Shown here in pieces: positions 8,517 through 18,693 of a stretch of 54,664 nucleotides of DNA (positions are counted from its first letter, which is position 1; each line of letters opens with the position of its first letter). Location: NCBI GenBank assembly GCA_910586635.1, contig CAJUJA010000001.1, positions 1 through 54,664 of the forward strand. The letters are read 5' to 3'. The notes under the pieces are model-generated. The model did no database searches. It worked only from the letters and a program-made list of their open reading frames with translations, and was not told where the DNA came from. This DNA is from an uncultured Bacilli bacterium. GTDB taxonomy: Bacteria > Bacillota_I > Bacilli_A > RF39 > UBA660. Position numbers and translations under genes: made by a program.

Positions 8517-9308
8517 ATGGATACATTCCATTTTAAAAAAAAGTATGGACAAAATTTTTTAACAGATATAAATTTAGTGAATAAAATAGTTGATATAACT
8601 CATATGGAAAGGGACTCTTTAGTGATAGAAGTAGGACCTGGTAAGGCTATTTTAACAAAACAATTGTTAAAGATTTCAGAAAGTGTTTTATGTTATGAAA
8701 TTGATTTAGAATTACAAGAATATTTAAACGATGAGTTAAAGAATTATAAGAATGTTGAAGTTGTATTTGATGATTTTTTAAAAAGAAATATTGAACAAGA
8801 TATTCAAAAGTACAATAAAGATTTTATTTATTTTGTTAGTAATGTTCCATATTATATTACAACACCTATTCTTATGAAATTATTAGAGTCTAATATTCAT
8901 TTTAAAAAAATTGTAATGATGGTTCAAAAAGAGGTGGGAGAAAGATTTGCTGCGACTCCAGGAAATAAAAGTTATGGATCAATTACCGTATTACTAAATT
9001 ATTATTATTATGTTAAACGGGAATTTAAGGTAAGTCGGAAGATGTTTACTCCAGAACCTAAAGTAGATAGCGAGGTAGTTTCTTTAACACAAAGAAAGAA
9101 CAGAAGTTCTCTAAAAAATGAAAAGCTATTTTTCCAATTAATAAGAGATAGTTTTCAATATAAGAGGAAAAATATTAGAAATAATTTGAAACGGTATCCT
9201 TTAGAGAAGATAGAACAAGTGCTAATGAAATTTGGTTTTCATCTAACAGATAGGGCAGAACAATTACCAGTAGAGGTATTTATAGAAATATGTAATCATC
9301 TAGATTAG
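8517..9308 (+). CDS. rsmA: 16S rRNA (adenine1518/1519-N6)-dimethyltransferase RsmA/KsgA
   Basis: YGQNFL motif, VIEVGPGKAILT SAM-binding loop, SNVPYYITTPI. Confidence 0.9.
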   Translation: MDTFHFKKKYGQNFLTDINLVNKIVDITHMERDSLVIEVGPGKAILTKQLLKISESVLCYEIDLELQEYLNDELKNYKNVEVVFDDFLKRNIEQDIQKYNKDFIYFVSNVPYYITTPILMKLLESNIHFKKIVMMVQKEVGERFAATPGNKSYGSITVLLNYYYYVKREFKVSRKMFTPEPKVDSEVVSLTQRKNRSSLKNEKLFFQLIRDSFQYKRKNIRNNLKRYPLEKIEQVLMKFGFHLTDRAEQLPVEVFIEICNHLD

Positions 9309-9353
9309 TCATATTTCTTTTTTTTCTTCATAAAATTAGTTGGAGATGATTTT

Positions 9354-10142
9354 ATGAACTTAAAGATAGGGGATATTGTAAGTAGAAAGTCTTATAATAA
9401 TGATATCCTATTTAAAATTATTGATATAACTGAAAAAGTAGCCATTTTAAAAGGAATTGAATTAAGATTATATGCAGATAGTGAGTTAAAAGATTTAGTA
9501 AAGGAGGATAAAAGGCCAAATACGACAAAATCTGATCGGGAAATTATTAATGAAAATTTAAAAAGTCTTCATTTAGATCGGTCAGAATATTTTTACTTAC
9601 CAGGGAAAATTTTACATATTGATGGTGATGAAGATTATTTAGAAAGATGTATTAATTTTTATCGGGATTTAAATGTAAAAGCTTATGGACTTACATTAAA
9701 GGAATCTGAAGTTTATAAATATATTGATCAGTATTTAAATGAGTATAATCCTGATATTTTGGTAATAACAGGACATGATGCCTATTATAAAAAAAGAAAT
9801 GATATGGATAATATTGATAACTATCAAAATTCTAAAAATTTTATTAAAGCTATTAAGGTGGCAAGAAAGTATGAAAAAGATCAAAATAAATTAATTATTA
9901 TATCAGGGGCGTGTCAGTCTGATTACGAGGAGTTGATTAAGGCTGGAGCTAACTTTGCATCGAGTCCTAAAAGAATTAATATTCATGCGTTGGATCCTGC
10001 TATTATAGCATCTTCTATAGCCCTATCCGTTAGAAATAAAAGTATTGATTTAATTTCTTTAATTGAAAAAACAAAGTATGGTGCAGATGGGATAGGTGGT
10101 ATTATTACAGATGGAACCATGTATGTGGGGTATCCAAGATGA
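9354..10142 (+). CDS. yabG: sporulation-specific protease YabG
   Basis: IGDIVSRKSYNNDILFKI, HIDGDEDYL, ILVITGHDAY, GACQS, GANFASSP and NIHALDP follow my recollection of B. subtilis YabG. It is adjacent to rsmA and veg, as in Bacillus. Confidence 0.85.
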   Translation: MNLKIGDIVSRKSYNNDILFKIIDITEKVAILKGIELRLYADSELKDLVKEDKRPNTTKSDREIINENLKSLHLDRSEYFYLPGKILHIDGDEDYLERCINFYRDLNVKAYGLTLKESEVYKYIDQYLNEYNPDILVITGHDAYYKKRNDMDNIDNYQNSKNFIKAIKVARKYEKDQNKLIIISGACQSDYEELIKAGANFASSPKRINIHALDPAIIASSIALSVRNKSIDLISLIEKTKYGADGIGGIITDGTMYVGYPR

Positions 10143-10372
10143 ACATAAGTAAAATTAGAAATTTTATTACTCAAAATAAAGGGAAAACATTTTCTTTTAA
10201 ATTTAAAGGAGCTAGAAATCAGACAGAAGAATTTTCTGGTAGAATTGTAGAGGTGTATCGTTCTATATTTATTATAAAGGTCTTAGATTATACAAATAGA
10301 GTGAAATCGTTTAGTTACAATGATATATTAACAAATAGTTTGGAAATTAAAGAAATTGCACTAAAAAAATAA
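10139..10372 (+). CDS. veg: Veg (biofilm/sporulation-associated small protein)
   Basis: A 77-aa protein with ...SGRIVEVYRSIFIIKV...SFSYNDILT..., like B. subtilis Veg. ATGA overlap with the yabG stop. Confidence 0.8.
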   Translation: MNISKIRNFITQNKGKTFSFKFKGARNQTEEFSGRIVEVYRSIFIIKVLDYTNRVKSFSYNDILTNSLEIKEIALKK

Positions 10373-10445
10373 ATATTGCAATTTTTTTAATAGTAGTATA
10401 AAATAAATTTATAAAGTGAAATACTTTAAAGAAGGAGGAACATAC

Positions 10446-10724
10446 ATGAAGATTACATCTGTAAATGTACGTAAAATTGAAAAAGAAGGATCACGTATGA
10501 AGGGAATTGCATCTGTATTATTGGATGATAGTTTTGCAGTTCATGATATTCGTGTTATAGAAGGGGATAATGGTTTGTTTATTGCAATGCCAAGTAGAAA
10601 AACAGCAACAGGGGGATATCGAGATATTGCACATCCAATTAATCCTGAGGTTAGATCAATGTTCGAAGAGGCTATTATTGATGCGTATAACAATGCAGAA
10701 GAACAAACAGAAGAGGAGAACTAA
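10446..10724 (+). CDS. spoVG: septation/sporulation regulator SpoVG
   Basis: [11 protein letters not shown]...[31 protein letters not shown]. The ATG at 10446 follows GAAGGAGG. The track ORF (10416) is an upstream extension. Confidence 0.9.
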   Translation: MKITSVNVRKIEKEGSRMKGIASVLLDDSFAVHDIRVIEGDNGLFIAMPSRKTATGGYRDIAHPINPEVRSMFEEAIIDAYNNAEEQTEEEN

Positions 10725-10738
10725 TCCTCTTTTTTTTG
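10712..10738 (+). terminator. intrinsic terminator after spoVG
   Basis: agagga-gaactaa-tcctct hairpin followed by T7. Confidence 0.6.
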
Positions 10739-10784
10739 TAATATTATAAATGCTTGTACATATAATTTTGTAGGAGGAATCAAT

Positions 10785-11075
10785 ATGGAAAAGCAAGAAA
10801 CAATTGGTAATTATACACATGGAATTAGTTTAGTAGAAAGAAAAAATCTAGTCATCACTGGAGTGAAAAAAATAGAAAATTTTGATACTGAGCAATTTTT
10901 ATTAGAAACTAGTATGGGGTTTATCTTGGTTAAGGGATCAGAATTAGAGTTAATTAAATTGGATACTTTACAGGGAAATGTTTCTATTAGGGGAATCATA
11001 TCAGGAATTAATTATTTAGAAGAGAATAATAAAAAATCAAAAGAAAATGGAATATTTAATAGGTTATTTAAATAA
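10785..11075 (+). CDS. yabP: sporulation protein YabP
   Basis: ...NLVITGVKKIENFDTEQFLLETSMGFILVKGSELELIKLD..G.VSIRG matches the YabP family pattern. yabP-yabQ-divIC order is conserved. Confidence 0.8.
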   Translation: MEKQETIGNYTHGISLVERKNLVITGVKKIENFDTEQFLLETSMGFILVKGSELELIKLDTLQGNVSIRGIISGINYLEENNKKSKENGIFNRLFK

Positions 11076-11401
11076 TGGGTTTAAAAACGCAAATTATTTC
11101 TTTACTTTTTTCTTTTGTTTTTGGAATTATTTTCTCTATTTGTACAAACATTAATTATAAATTGCTCTTTTGTAAAAAAAAGATATTTCAAATTATTATT
11201 ACTATTATTTATGTAATAGATGCATCACTTGCTTATTTTTTAATGATTAGAAGGATTAACGAAGGTATAATTCACTCTTATTTTTTGCTTAGTGTGGCTT
11301 TGGGATTTTTTATTGGATTTGTTAATTTAAGTAAATATGTCAATTTGTTCAAAAATAAGGTAAAAAACTGTTTAAAAAATGTCAAAAAAAAGAAAGTTTA
11401 G
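11075..11401 (+). CDS. yabQ: spore cortex biosynthesis membrane protein YabQ
   Basis: Overlaps the yabP stop (TAATG). Small protein with 3 to 4 TM segments at the conserved position. Called mainly from synteny. Confidence 0.6.
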   Translation: MGLKTQIISLLFSFVFGIIFSICTNINYKLLFCKKKIFQIIITIIYVIDASLAYFLMIRRINEGIIHSYFLLSVALGFFIGFVNLSKYVNLFKNKVKNCLKNVKKKKV

Positions 11402-11468
11402 GAAAAAATCTTGTTTTCAGGAGTGAGAGTGCTATACTATAGTTATAAAATTAGGTTTAGGTGATACT

Positions 11469-11762
11469 ATGGCAAAGAGAAAAAAAAGTAAAAAATCTAT
11501 AAGACGTATTCTTTTTTTAGGGATTATTTCTTTAACCATTATTGTTGGAACTACTTATACTATAGGAAAATATTGGGTAGAAATATATGGTAAGTATAAG
11601 GAAAAGAAGGAATTAAAACATAAATTAACTACACTGAAAGAAAAGGAAGAAGAGTTACAAGTGGATGCAGATAAGCTTCAAAATCCAGATTATATTGCAA
11701 GGTATGCTAGAGAAAAATACTCTTATTCAAAAGATGGTGAAATTATTTTACGAATTCCTTAG
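11469..11762 (+). CDS. divIC: septum formation initiator DivIC/FtsB family
   Basis: N-terminal TM, a coiled coil (KEKKELKHKLTTLKEKEEELQ), and C-terminal PDYIARYAREKYSYSKDGEII typical of DivIC. Confidence 0.8.
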   Translation: MAKRKKSKKSIRRILFLGIISLTIIVGTTYTIGKYWVEIYGKYKEKKELKHKLTTLKEKEEELQVDADKLQNPDYIARYAREKYSYSKDGEIILRIP

Positions 11763-11797
11763 AATAGATAACCAAACAAAGGTTATCTATTTTTTGT
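11763..11797 (+). terminator. intrinsic terminator after divIC
   Basis: aatagataacc / ggttatctatt stem followed by a T run. Confidence 0.65.
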
Positions 11798-11893
11798 TGA
11801 TATGTTGTAAGCACGCTGTAAAACCCCTTTTTTCTATTACTTTTTTCTTGATAAAATGGTAGAATTCGTATAGAATGGAATTGGTGGGATCAA

Positions 11894-13210
11894 ATGGTTA
11901 ATATAGAGGAAAATATAGAATTAAAAAATAAGGATATTATTGTTGTTGGTTGTTCGACAGGACCCGATTCTATGTGTTTAATAGATTCCCTGTTAAAAAT
12001 TAGGGACAAATATCAGTTACAATTAATTTGTGCTCATGTGAATCATAATGTTAGAAGACAGAGTACCGAGGAAGAGGAATTTATACAAGAGTATTGTATT
12101 AAACACCATGTGATGTTAGAAAAGATGAAAATAGAAAAGTATAGTGATGATAATTTTCATAATGAAGCGAGAAATATAAGGTATCATTTTTTTGAAGAGG
12201 TTGTTCATAAATATGGAGCTACCTATTTAATGACAGCCCATCATGGAGATGACTTGATAGAGACAATATTGATGAGGATTGTAAGAGGATCTAATCTTCA
12301 GGGGTATAGTGGCTTTCATAAAGAAGTGGATATGGGAGATTATAAAATAGTAAGACCTTTAATTGGTTATACGAAAGAGGAATTAGAAGAATATGACTCC
12401 TACAATAAAGTCCCTTACTTTATTGATGAGTCCAATCATAAAATGAAGTATACTAGAAATAGATATCGCAAAAATATTTTGCCATTTTTAAAAGAAGAGG
12501 AAGAAAATGTTCATATTAAATTTTTAAAGTTTAGTGAAAACTTAGAAGAAACAGGCAGATATATAGCCAAAGAGAGGGATCTGGCTTTAAAAAAGGTTTT
12601 AACTAAGCAGGGCAAAATTAATATTTTAAGTTTTAAAGAATTAGATAGGTATATTCAAAAGGAAATACTATATTATATATTAGAGGATTTTTATCAAGAT
12701 GATTTGGTTTTAGTAAATGATAAACATATCGAATTATTATTCTATTTAATTTATAGTGATAAATCTAATTTAGAGGTGAATTTGCCAAATGAGATTTTAG
12801 CGATTAAAAGTTACGATGAATTTTATTTGACGAGAGAGACAGAGGAAATTACAGAATATGAAATAGAATTTAATACCTATGCAGATCTTCCTAATAAGCA
12901 TTATATTAAAAGGTTGGAAGAAACAGAAGAAACTTCTAATAATATTTGTAGGTTGTGTAGTGAAGACATTCGTTTACCTATTATCATTAGAACGAGAAAA
13001 ATAGGAGATAAAATACAGGTAAAGGGATTAAATGGTAAGAAAAAGGTAAAAGATATTTTTATTGAAAATAAGATAAAAATTAGACAGCGTGATACTTGGC
13101 CTATTGTAGTAGATTCTGAAGGAAAGATTCTTTGGATACCTGGGTTAAAAAAGTCAAAATTTGATAAACATAAACAAGAAAAGTATGATATAATAATGAA
13201 ATACTGTTAG
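11894..13210 (+). CDS. tilS: tRNA(Ile)-lysidine synthetase TilS
   Basis: PP-loop VVGCSTGPDSMCL (SGGxDS-type), AHVNH, TAHHGDD. C-terminal ...RTRKIGDKI...GKKKVKDIFI domain. Confidence 0.9.
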   Translation: MVNIEENIELKNKDIIVVGCSTGPDSMCLIDSLLKIRDKYQLQLICAHVNHNVRRQSTEEEEFIQEYCIKHHVMLEKMKIEKYSDDNFHNEARNIRYHFFEEVVHKYGATYLMTAHHGDDLIETILMRIVRGSNLQGYSGFHKEVDMGDYKIVRPLIGYTKEELEEYDSYNKVPYFIDESNHKMKYTRNRYRKNILPFLKEEEENVHIKFLKFSENLEETGRYIAKERDLALKKVLTKQGKINILSFKELDRYIQKEILYYILEDFYQDDLVLVNDKHIELLFYLIYSDKSNLEVNLPNEILAIKSYDEFYLTRETEEITEYEIEFNTYADLPNKHYIKRLEETEETSNNICRLCSEDIRLPIIIRTRKIGDKIQVKGLNGKKKVKDIFIENKIKIRQRDTWPIVVDSEGKILWIPGLKKSKFDKHKQEKYDIIMKYC

Positions 13211-13223
13211 AGGAGGCAAATAT

Positions 13224-15200
13224 ATGAATAAAAATATTGTAAATCAAAAAAATATGAAAAAAGGGTTAGTTCCATATCTTTTTATGTTTTTAATTATTAT
13301 AGGTGTATTTTATGTATTTAATGTGATGAATACAGATGTTAAAAATTTCACTTATAACGAGTTTATTGGAGAATTAACTGAGGGGAATATTAAAAACTTA
13401 GTTATTACTGCTAGAGATAGTGCTAAGACATATGAGGTTACAGGATCATTAAAGGGTGCTAAAAAGTCTCAAACGTTCTTTGCTAGACTTCCGATGAGTG
13501 ATGCTGTTATGAAAAAAATAGTAGAGGCATCAGAGGTACAAGATTTTAAATTAGAGGCGAAAGCAGATCCAGAGAGTTCAACTTTCTTAATGATTGTTGT
13601 AAATGTTTTACCTTTTGTTTTATTAATTGCCTTTGCTTTCTTCTTTTTTAATCGTCAAATGGCAGGAAATAAAAGTTCTATGGATTTTGGAAAAAGTAAA
13701 GCAAAGCTAAGTAGTAGTAATAATAAAATTACTTTTAATGATGTTGCTGGATTAAAAGAGGAAAAAGAAGAAGTAGCAGAGTTAATTGACTTTTTAAAAA
13801 GTCCAAAGAAATTTCAAAAATTGGGAGCTAGAATTCCAAAAGGAGTTTTATTATTTGGGCCTCCGGGAACAGGAAAGACATTGCTAGCTCGTGCTGTAGC
13901 AGGTGAGGCTAATGTTCCATTCTATTTTATTAGTGGTTCTGATTTTGTTGAGTTATTTGTAGGAGTTGGAGCTAGTCGTGTTAGGGATATGTTTCAACAG
14001 GCAAAAAGAAATGCACCTTGTTTAATCTTTATTGACGAAATTGATGCAGTGGGTCGTCAAAGAGGTACTGGTTTAGGTGGTGGACACGATGAGCGTGAAC
14101 AAACTCTAAATCAATTATTAACAGAAATGGATGGTTTTGGAGAAAATGAAGGGATTATTATTATTGCGGCAACCAATAGACCAGATGTATTAGATCCAGC
14201 TCTTCTTCGTCCAGGAAGATTTGATCGACAAGTAACCGTGAACTTGCCTGATGTTAAGGGAAGAGAAGAAATATTAGGAGTACATTCAAAAAATAAGAAA
14301 TTAGCTCAAGGAATCACATTAAAAAATTTAGCTAAGAGAACTCCTGGATTTAGTGGAGCAGATTTGGAAAATTTATTAAATGAGGCAGCCCTTTTAGCAG
14401 TTAGAAGAAATAAAGAAGTCATTACTATGAGTGAAGTAGATGAAGCAACAGATAGAGTACTAATGGGTCCTGCTAAAACCTCTCATAAGTATAGCGATAA
14501 TGACCGTAAGTTAGTTGCCTATCATGAGGCAGGCCATGCGGTTATTGGGTTAAAGTTAGATAATGCAAATGATGTTCAAAAAGTAACAATTATTCCACGT
14601 GGAGCTGCAGGCGGGTATAATATGATGGTTCCAAATGAAGAAAAACTATGTTCTACAAAGACCGATTTGTTAGAGCAAATTACAGGGTTATTAGGAGGAA
14701 GAACTGCAGAAGAGATTATTTTTGGAGAGATTACAACTGGAGCACATAATGATTTTGAAAAGGCAACTAAGATTGCACGTGCTATGGTTACAGAATATGG
14801 AATGAGTGATTTAGGACCATTGCAGTTTGAGCAACAAGATGGTAGTGTATTCTTAGGAAGAGATTATAATAAAAGTCAACATTTTTCCAATGAGGTAGCT
14901 AATGAAATTGATATGGAAATGAGAAAAATTATTGATGATTGTCATAAAAAAGCAACAGAAATTATTAAGAAAAATAAAAAGCTATTAAAATTAATAGCAG
15001 ATACCCTACTTGAATATGAGACTCTTACTAAAGAGCAAATTGATTATTTAGTAGAACATGGAAAGATGCCTTCAGATGATGCTGCATCAAGTCTTGAAAA
15101 AATGTCTGTTACCAAATTAAAACAGCTTGCGAAAGAAAAAGGAATCAAAAATTATTCAAAAATGAATAAATCAGAGTTATTAAAAGAGTTAGATACATAA
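13224..15200 (+). CDS. ftsH: ATP-dependent zinc metalloprotease FtsH (with a C-terminal Rho_N/SAP-like extension)
   Basis: Two N-terminal TM segments, Walker A GPPGTGKT, Walker [31 protein letters not shown], Zn site HEAGHA. Confidence 0.97.
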   Translation: MNKNIVNQKNMKKGLVPYLFMFLIIIGVFYVFNVMNTDVKNFTYNEFIGELTEGNIKNLVITARDSAKTYEVTGSLKGAKKSQTFFARLPMSDAVMKKIVEASEVQDFKLEAKADPESSTFLMIVVNVLPFVLLIAFAFFFFNRQMAGNKSSMDFGKSKAKLSSSNNKITFNDVAGLKEEKEEVAELIDFLKSPKKFQKLGARIPKGVLLFGPPGTGKTLLARAVAGEANVPFYFISGSDFVELFVGVGASRVRDMFQQAKRNAPCLIFIDEIDAVGRQRGTGLGGGHDEREQTLNQLLTEMDGFGENEGIIIIAATNRPDVLDPALLRPGRFDRQVTVNLPDVKGREEILGVHSKNKKLAQGITLKNLAKRTPGFSGADLENLLNEAALLAVRRNKEVITMSEVDEATDRVLMGPAKTSHKYSDNDRKLVAYHEAGHAVIGLKLDNANDVQKVTIIPRGAAGGYNMMVPNEEKLCSTKTDLLEQITGLLGGRTAEEIIFGEITTGAHNDFEKATKIARAMVTEYGMSDLGPLQFEQQDGSVFLGRDYNKSQHFSNEVANEIDMEMRKIIDDCHKKATEIIKKNKKLLKLIADTLLEYETLTKEQIDYLVEHGKMPSDDAASSLEKMSVTKLKQLAKEKGIKNYSKMNKSELLKELDT

Positions 15201-15225
15201 TTGAATTGAATCTAACTCTTTTTTA
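15185..15225. terminator. bidirectional terminator between convergent ftsH and the minus-strand HD gene
   Basis: Perfect 10-bp stem agagttagat (15185-15194) / atctaactct (15210-15219) followed by a T run. The left arm lies in the last ftsH codons. Confidence 0.6.
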
Positions 15226-15888
15226 TCGTTTTTTAGAATATTGTTTTTGTTTAATGTTGTTGTTCTTTCCCGTAAGAAGTGCAGATATTGCAAAAATATT
15301 ACTATTTTTAAAATTAGAAAAAGATACTATTTTATCTGCATTACTCATGATTTGTCCTTCTTTATATAAACTAGGATAAATAGAATAAGGACCAATTGAT
15401 TTTCTACTTTTCAGCGTTTCTAGTTGATTTTTGGTATCATCATCTAATTGCTCTATTATTTCAAAATTTGCTAGTTCCATATCATTATTTTCTGATAGTG
15501 TAAATTTACGCACAGGTAGTGGAAACATATGATGAATGACTCCATCAATTAACTTTTTCTTCGTTTTTTCATCTGAGAATTCTTCTGGAAACCAGCTTAT
15601 TGCATTTAAAATGGCTTTAAGTGGATGCCTAAATCCATGTTTATTACAAAAATGAGTGTCTATTGGATTAGGATTATTTTGCCATGGGTATACATATAAA
15701 TCATGCATCATATAAACTTTTAAAGCAGTTTTATAATCATAGCCTGGTTTTTTTACTTTTTGTGATAATAAGTAGGTGACTATTGTATCTGCTAAGATAT
15801 GTTCTCCTAGGGTTATTTTATCGTGATGAGGAAATTCAGGACTCATACGTCTTTGAAATTCCTCGTGGATAAATATATTGTGAATCAT
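15223..15888 (-). CDS. HD-superfamily metal-dependent phosphohydrolase-like protein
   Basis: Ordered His/Asp pattern (GEH..., MMHDLY, GFRHP, VIHHMFP, NADKI) consistent with an HD domain. No closer assignment possible. Confidence 0.45.
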   Translation of the reverse strand: MIHNIFIHEEFQRRMSPEFPHHDKITLGEHILADTIVTYLLSQKVKKPGYDYKTALKVYMMHDLYVYPWQNNPNPIDTHFCNKHGFRHPLKAILNAISWFPEEFSDEKTKKKLIDGVIHHMFPLPVRKFTLSENNDMELANFEIIEQLDDDTKNQLETLKSRKSIGPYSIYPSLYKEGQIMSNADKIVSFSNFKNSNIFAISALLTGKNNNIKQKQYSKKR

Positions 15889-16005
15889 ATTTAATAACTC
15901 CTGTGCCTGATTATGAGTTAATTAATATTTCTTACATAAATTGGAAAAGATTTTTTCATTTTTTAATAATAACATAGAAATCACCTACACTTAAAATTTA
16001 ATATT

Positions 16006-16872
16006 TTATTTTTTTCTGAGTACCTTAATTGGAGCATTAGGAAAGGGAAGAACTAATCTTTCCTTTTCTGCAAGTTTATAAAGATCATCGCCTAAAAATT
16101 CATTTGGTATTGATGCTGGTTGAAATAACCTCCAAACTTTCTGCTGTATATCAGCATTATCTAAGTTAATCATAGAAAATATTTCGTCTAAACTAATATT
16201 TTGACCGGTATATGGATTTATTTGATTGACTGCACCTAAATCAATTCCAAATACATCGACGAAGTATAAGAAGATTGCACTTTTTATATCTAATTCTTTT
16301 GTAAATAGATTTGATTTGTGGTCATAGTACTTTTTTACTAGTACATCTTTAGGTGTTCCTAAATAGTCTGAATAACCAACTGCAGGCATGTGTTTTATTT
16401 GTAGACCATCATAATCTATAAAAAATACTTTATTATCATGGGTAATTCTAATGTTTTCTGTTGTACATAAATCGGGAAATATGATACCTACATTATTTCC
16501 ATTTTTTATGTTAGTTTCAATTTGGGAGTGGATGCTAGCATAGCTAGTTAAGTTAAGTATATTTTCATAATAATTGGTAAAGTCAACGCCAGGAATTTCA
16601 GACATTACATACGCCTTTACGATACCATCATCCTCCAGCATCATAGTAGGCCATGAAAAATTAGTAAATTTGTTTAAATTTTTCACCTCATTTAGTCTGG
16701 TTTCTAAATTATAACCAGTATTAGATATTATTTTTAATAATTTATCATCGAGTATTTTTAATAGTTTCCCATTCGGAAGTTTTATTATTGTAGTGTCTTT
16801 GGATCTTTTTAATATATTATATCCTTTATTTTTATTTAAAAACTCTTTCAAGTTTGATTTTGGTAAACTCAT
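16006..16872 (-). CDS. protein-kinase-like fold protein (APH/ChoK/CotS-like), substrate unknown
   Basis: FPDLCTTENIRI (catalytic-loop-like D..N) followed by FFIDYDG (DFG-like metal-binding Asp). N-lobe-like GKLLKIL lysine. Confidence 0.45.
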   Translation of the reverse strand: MSLPKSNLKEFLNKNKGYNILKRSKDTTIIKLPNGKLLKILDDKLLKIISNTGYNLETRLNEVKNLNKFTNFSWPTMMLEDDGIVKAYVMSEIPGVDFTNYYENILNLTSYASIHSQIETNIKNGNNVGIIFPDLCTTENIRITHDNKVFFIDYDGLQIKHMPAVGYSDYLGTPKDVLVKKYYDHKSNLFTKELDIKSAIFLYFVDVFGIDLGAVNQINPYTGQNISLDEIFSMINLDNADIQQKVWRLFQPASIPNEFLGDDLYKLAEKERLVLPFPNAPIKVLRKK

Positions 16873-17028
16873 AGTGACTCCTTTTTGGCTTATATATTAT
16901 TTGTTTTTTTGATATTTGTCAATGGTTTCTTATTATTTTCCAATATAGGTAGTAAAAATAAAATTGTTACAATTTGAAAAAACGTTATTTTTATAGTATA
17001 CTATGGTTGCTTTGAAGAGGAAAAAGAT

Positions 17029-18012
17029 ATGGAATGGAATATAGGTAATGTAAAAATTAAAAATCAGGTGGTTTTAGCTCCAATGGCAGGAATCTCAAAC
17101 TCAGCATATAGACGGATTGCTAAGGAAATGGGCTGTGGTCTTGTATATGCAGAAATGGTTAGTGATAAAGCAATTATGTATGAAAATCAAAAAACGATTG
17201 ATATGCTTTATATGACAGCTGAAGAGAGACCTATTGCTCAACAAATATTTGGTACAGATGTTGAAAGTTTTGTAATTGCTGCTAAATATATTTATGAGAA
17301 TATGCATCCTGATATTATTGATATTAATATGGGATGCCCAGTACCTAAAGTAGCTGTAAGAGCTCAAGCAGGTTCTGCTCTTTTAAAATCTCCCAAAAAG
17401 ATTTACGATATTGTAAAAGCAGTAGTAGAAGCAGTTCCTATTCCTGTAACTGTTAAGATTAGAAGTGGTTGGGATAGGAATAGTATCAATGCTTTAGAAG
17501 TGTCAAAAGTTATAGAAAAAGCAGGAGCTAGTGCTATTTGTATTCATCCTAGAACAAGGGCCCAGGGCTATAGTGGTAATGCTGATTGGAATATTATAAA
17601 AGAAATTAAAAAGGTGATTTCTATTCCCGTTATTGGAAATGGAGACATTAAAAATGCAATCGATGCCAAGAAAATGTTACAAGAAACAGGTTGTGATGCT
17701 GTTATGATAGGAAGGGGAGTATTAGGGAATCCATGGTTAATAAAAGAAACAGTAGCTCTCTTAGAAGAAAATAAGGTTCTAAAAAAGCCAACAGTAGAAA
17801 ATAGGATTGATATGTGTTTAAAGCATCTTTCATACTTACAACAGACGAAGGATGAAAAAATAGTCCGATTGGAAATAAGAAATCATATTGGTTGGTATTT
17901 AAAAGGACTTAAAGGAGCGAATGAAATTAAAAATAGGGTATATCAATGTTCCCGTATTCATGATATAATGCAAGTGTTGATTCGTTATAAGGAGGAGTTA
18001 AAAAATGGCTAG
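17029..18012 (+). CDS. dusB: tRNA-dihydrouridine synthase DusB
   Basis: LAPMAGISN, INMGCPVPKV, HPRTRAQGYSG, MIGRGVLGNPW. Confidence 0.9.
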   Translation: MEWNIGNVKIKNQVVLAPMAGISNSAYRRIAKEMGCGLVYAEMVSDKAIMYENQKTIDMLYMTAEERPIAQQIFGTDVESFVIAAKYIYENMHPDIIDINMGCPVPKVAVRAQAGSALLKSPKKIYDIVKAVVEAVPIPVTVKIRSGWDRNSINALEVSKVIEKAGASAICIHPRTRAQGYSGNADWNIIKEIKKVISIPVIGNGDIKNAIDAKKMLQETGCDAVMIGRGVLGNPWLIKETVALLEENKVLKKPTVENRIDMCLKHLSYLQQTKDEKIVRLEIRNHIGWYLKGLKGANEIKNRVYQCSRIHDIMQVLIRYKEELKNG

Positions 18013-18679
18013 TAATAAAAAAGTAAAATTAGAAGAAAAGGATTCAGTAAAGGAAATTACTACGGAAAAAGAAAATCAAAAAATGGAGAAGATTTACGCT
18101 AGTTTTTGGCAAAGATTATGTGCATTTATTATTGATATGTTTTTAATTAGTTTGGTTACTTCCTTAATTACACAACCATTTATTCATAATAATAATTTAC
18201 AAACATTATCTAATGAGGTTACAGATACATTAGAACAATACCAAAAGAAAAAGATAGATATTAATACCTATATTAATAGGACGGTAGATATTAGTTATGA
18301 TATGGCAAGAGAAAGTGGTCTTTCTACTATTATTGGAATTGCTCTTTCTATTTTATATTTTGTGGTTTATCAATTTAGGTGTAATGGTCAAACTATAGGA
18401 AAAAAACTTCTTAAAATAAGAGTTGTTAAGAAAGATGATTCTAATTTAACTATGAATAATATGTTATTTCGATCTTTAATTATTGATTCTATTTTGGTAG
18501 ATATTATTATATTATGCTTATCCATTTTTGCAAATAAAGATATTTATTTTTACGGTGTTGGAATTGTTCAATTTATACAATATCTTATTATATTTGTTAG
18601 TTGTTTGATTATTTTATCTAGAAAGGATAGACAAGGACTTCATGATATGATGGCAAATACAGAGGTAGTAATCGCTTAG
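18005..18679 (+). CDS. RDD-family membrane protein
   Basis: FWQRLCAFIIDMFL..., TIGKKLLKIRVV and C-terminal RQGLHDMMANTEVV are typical RDD-domain blocks. Has 3 to 4 TM segments and overlaps the dusB stop. Confidence 0.65.
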   Translation: MASNKKVKLEEKDSVKEITTEKENQKMEKIYASFWQRLCAFIIDMFLISLVTSLITQPFIHNNNLQTLSNEVTDTLEQYQKKKIDINTYINRTVDISYDMARESGLSTIIGIALSILYFVVYQFRCNGQTIGKKLLKIRVVKKDDSNLTMNNMLFRSLIIDSILVDIIILCLSIFANKDIYFYGVGIVQFIQYLIIFVSCLIILSRKDRQGLHDMMANTEVVIA

Positions 18680-18693
18680 AAAGGAGTATTAAG

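Noticed and set aside
11665-11862. A 65-aa + strand ORF overlapping the 3' end of divIC and its terminator.
   Set aside because: It is out of frame within divIC, runs through a strong intrinsic terminator, and has no RBS.
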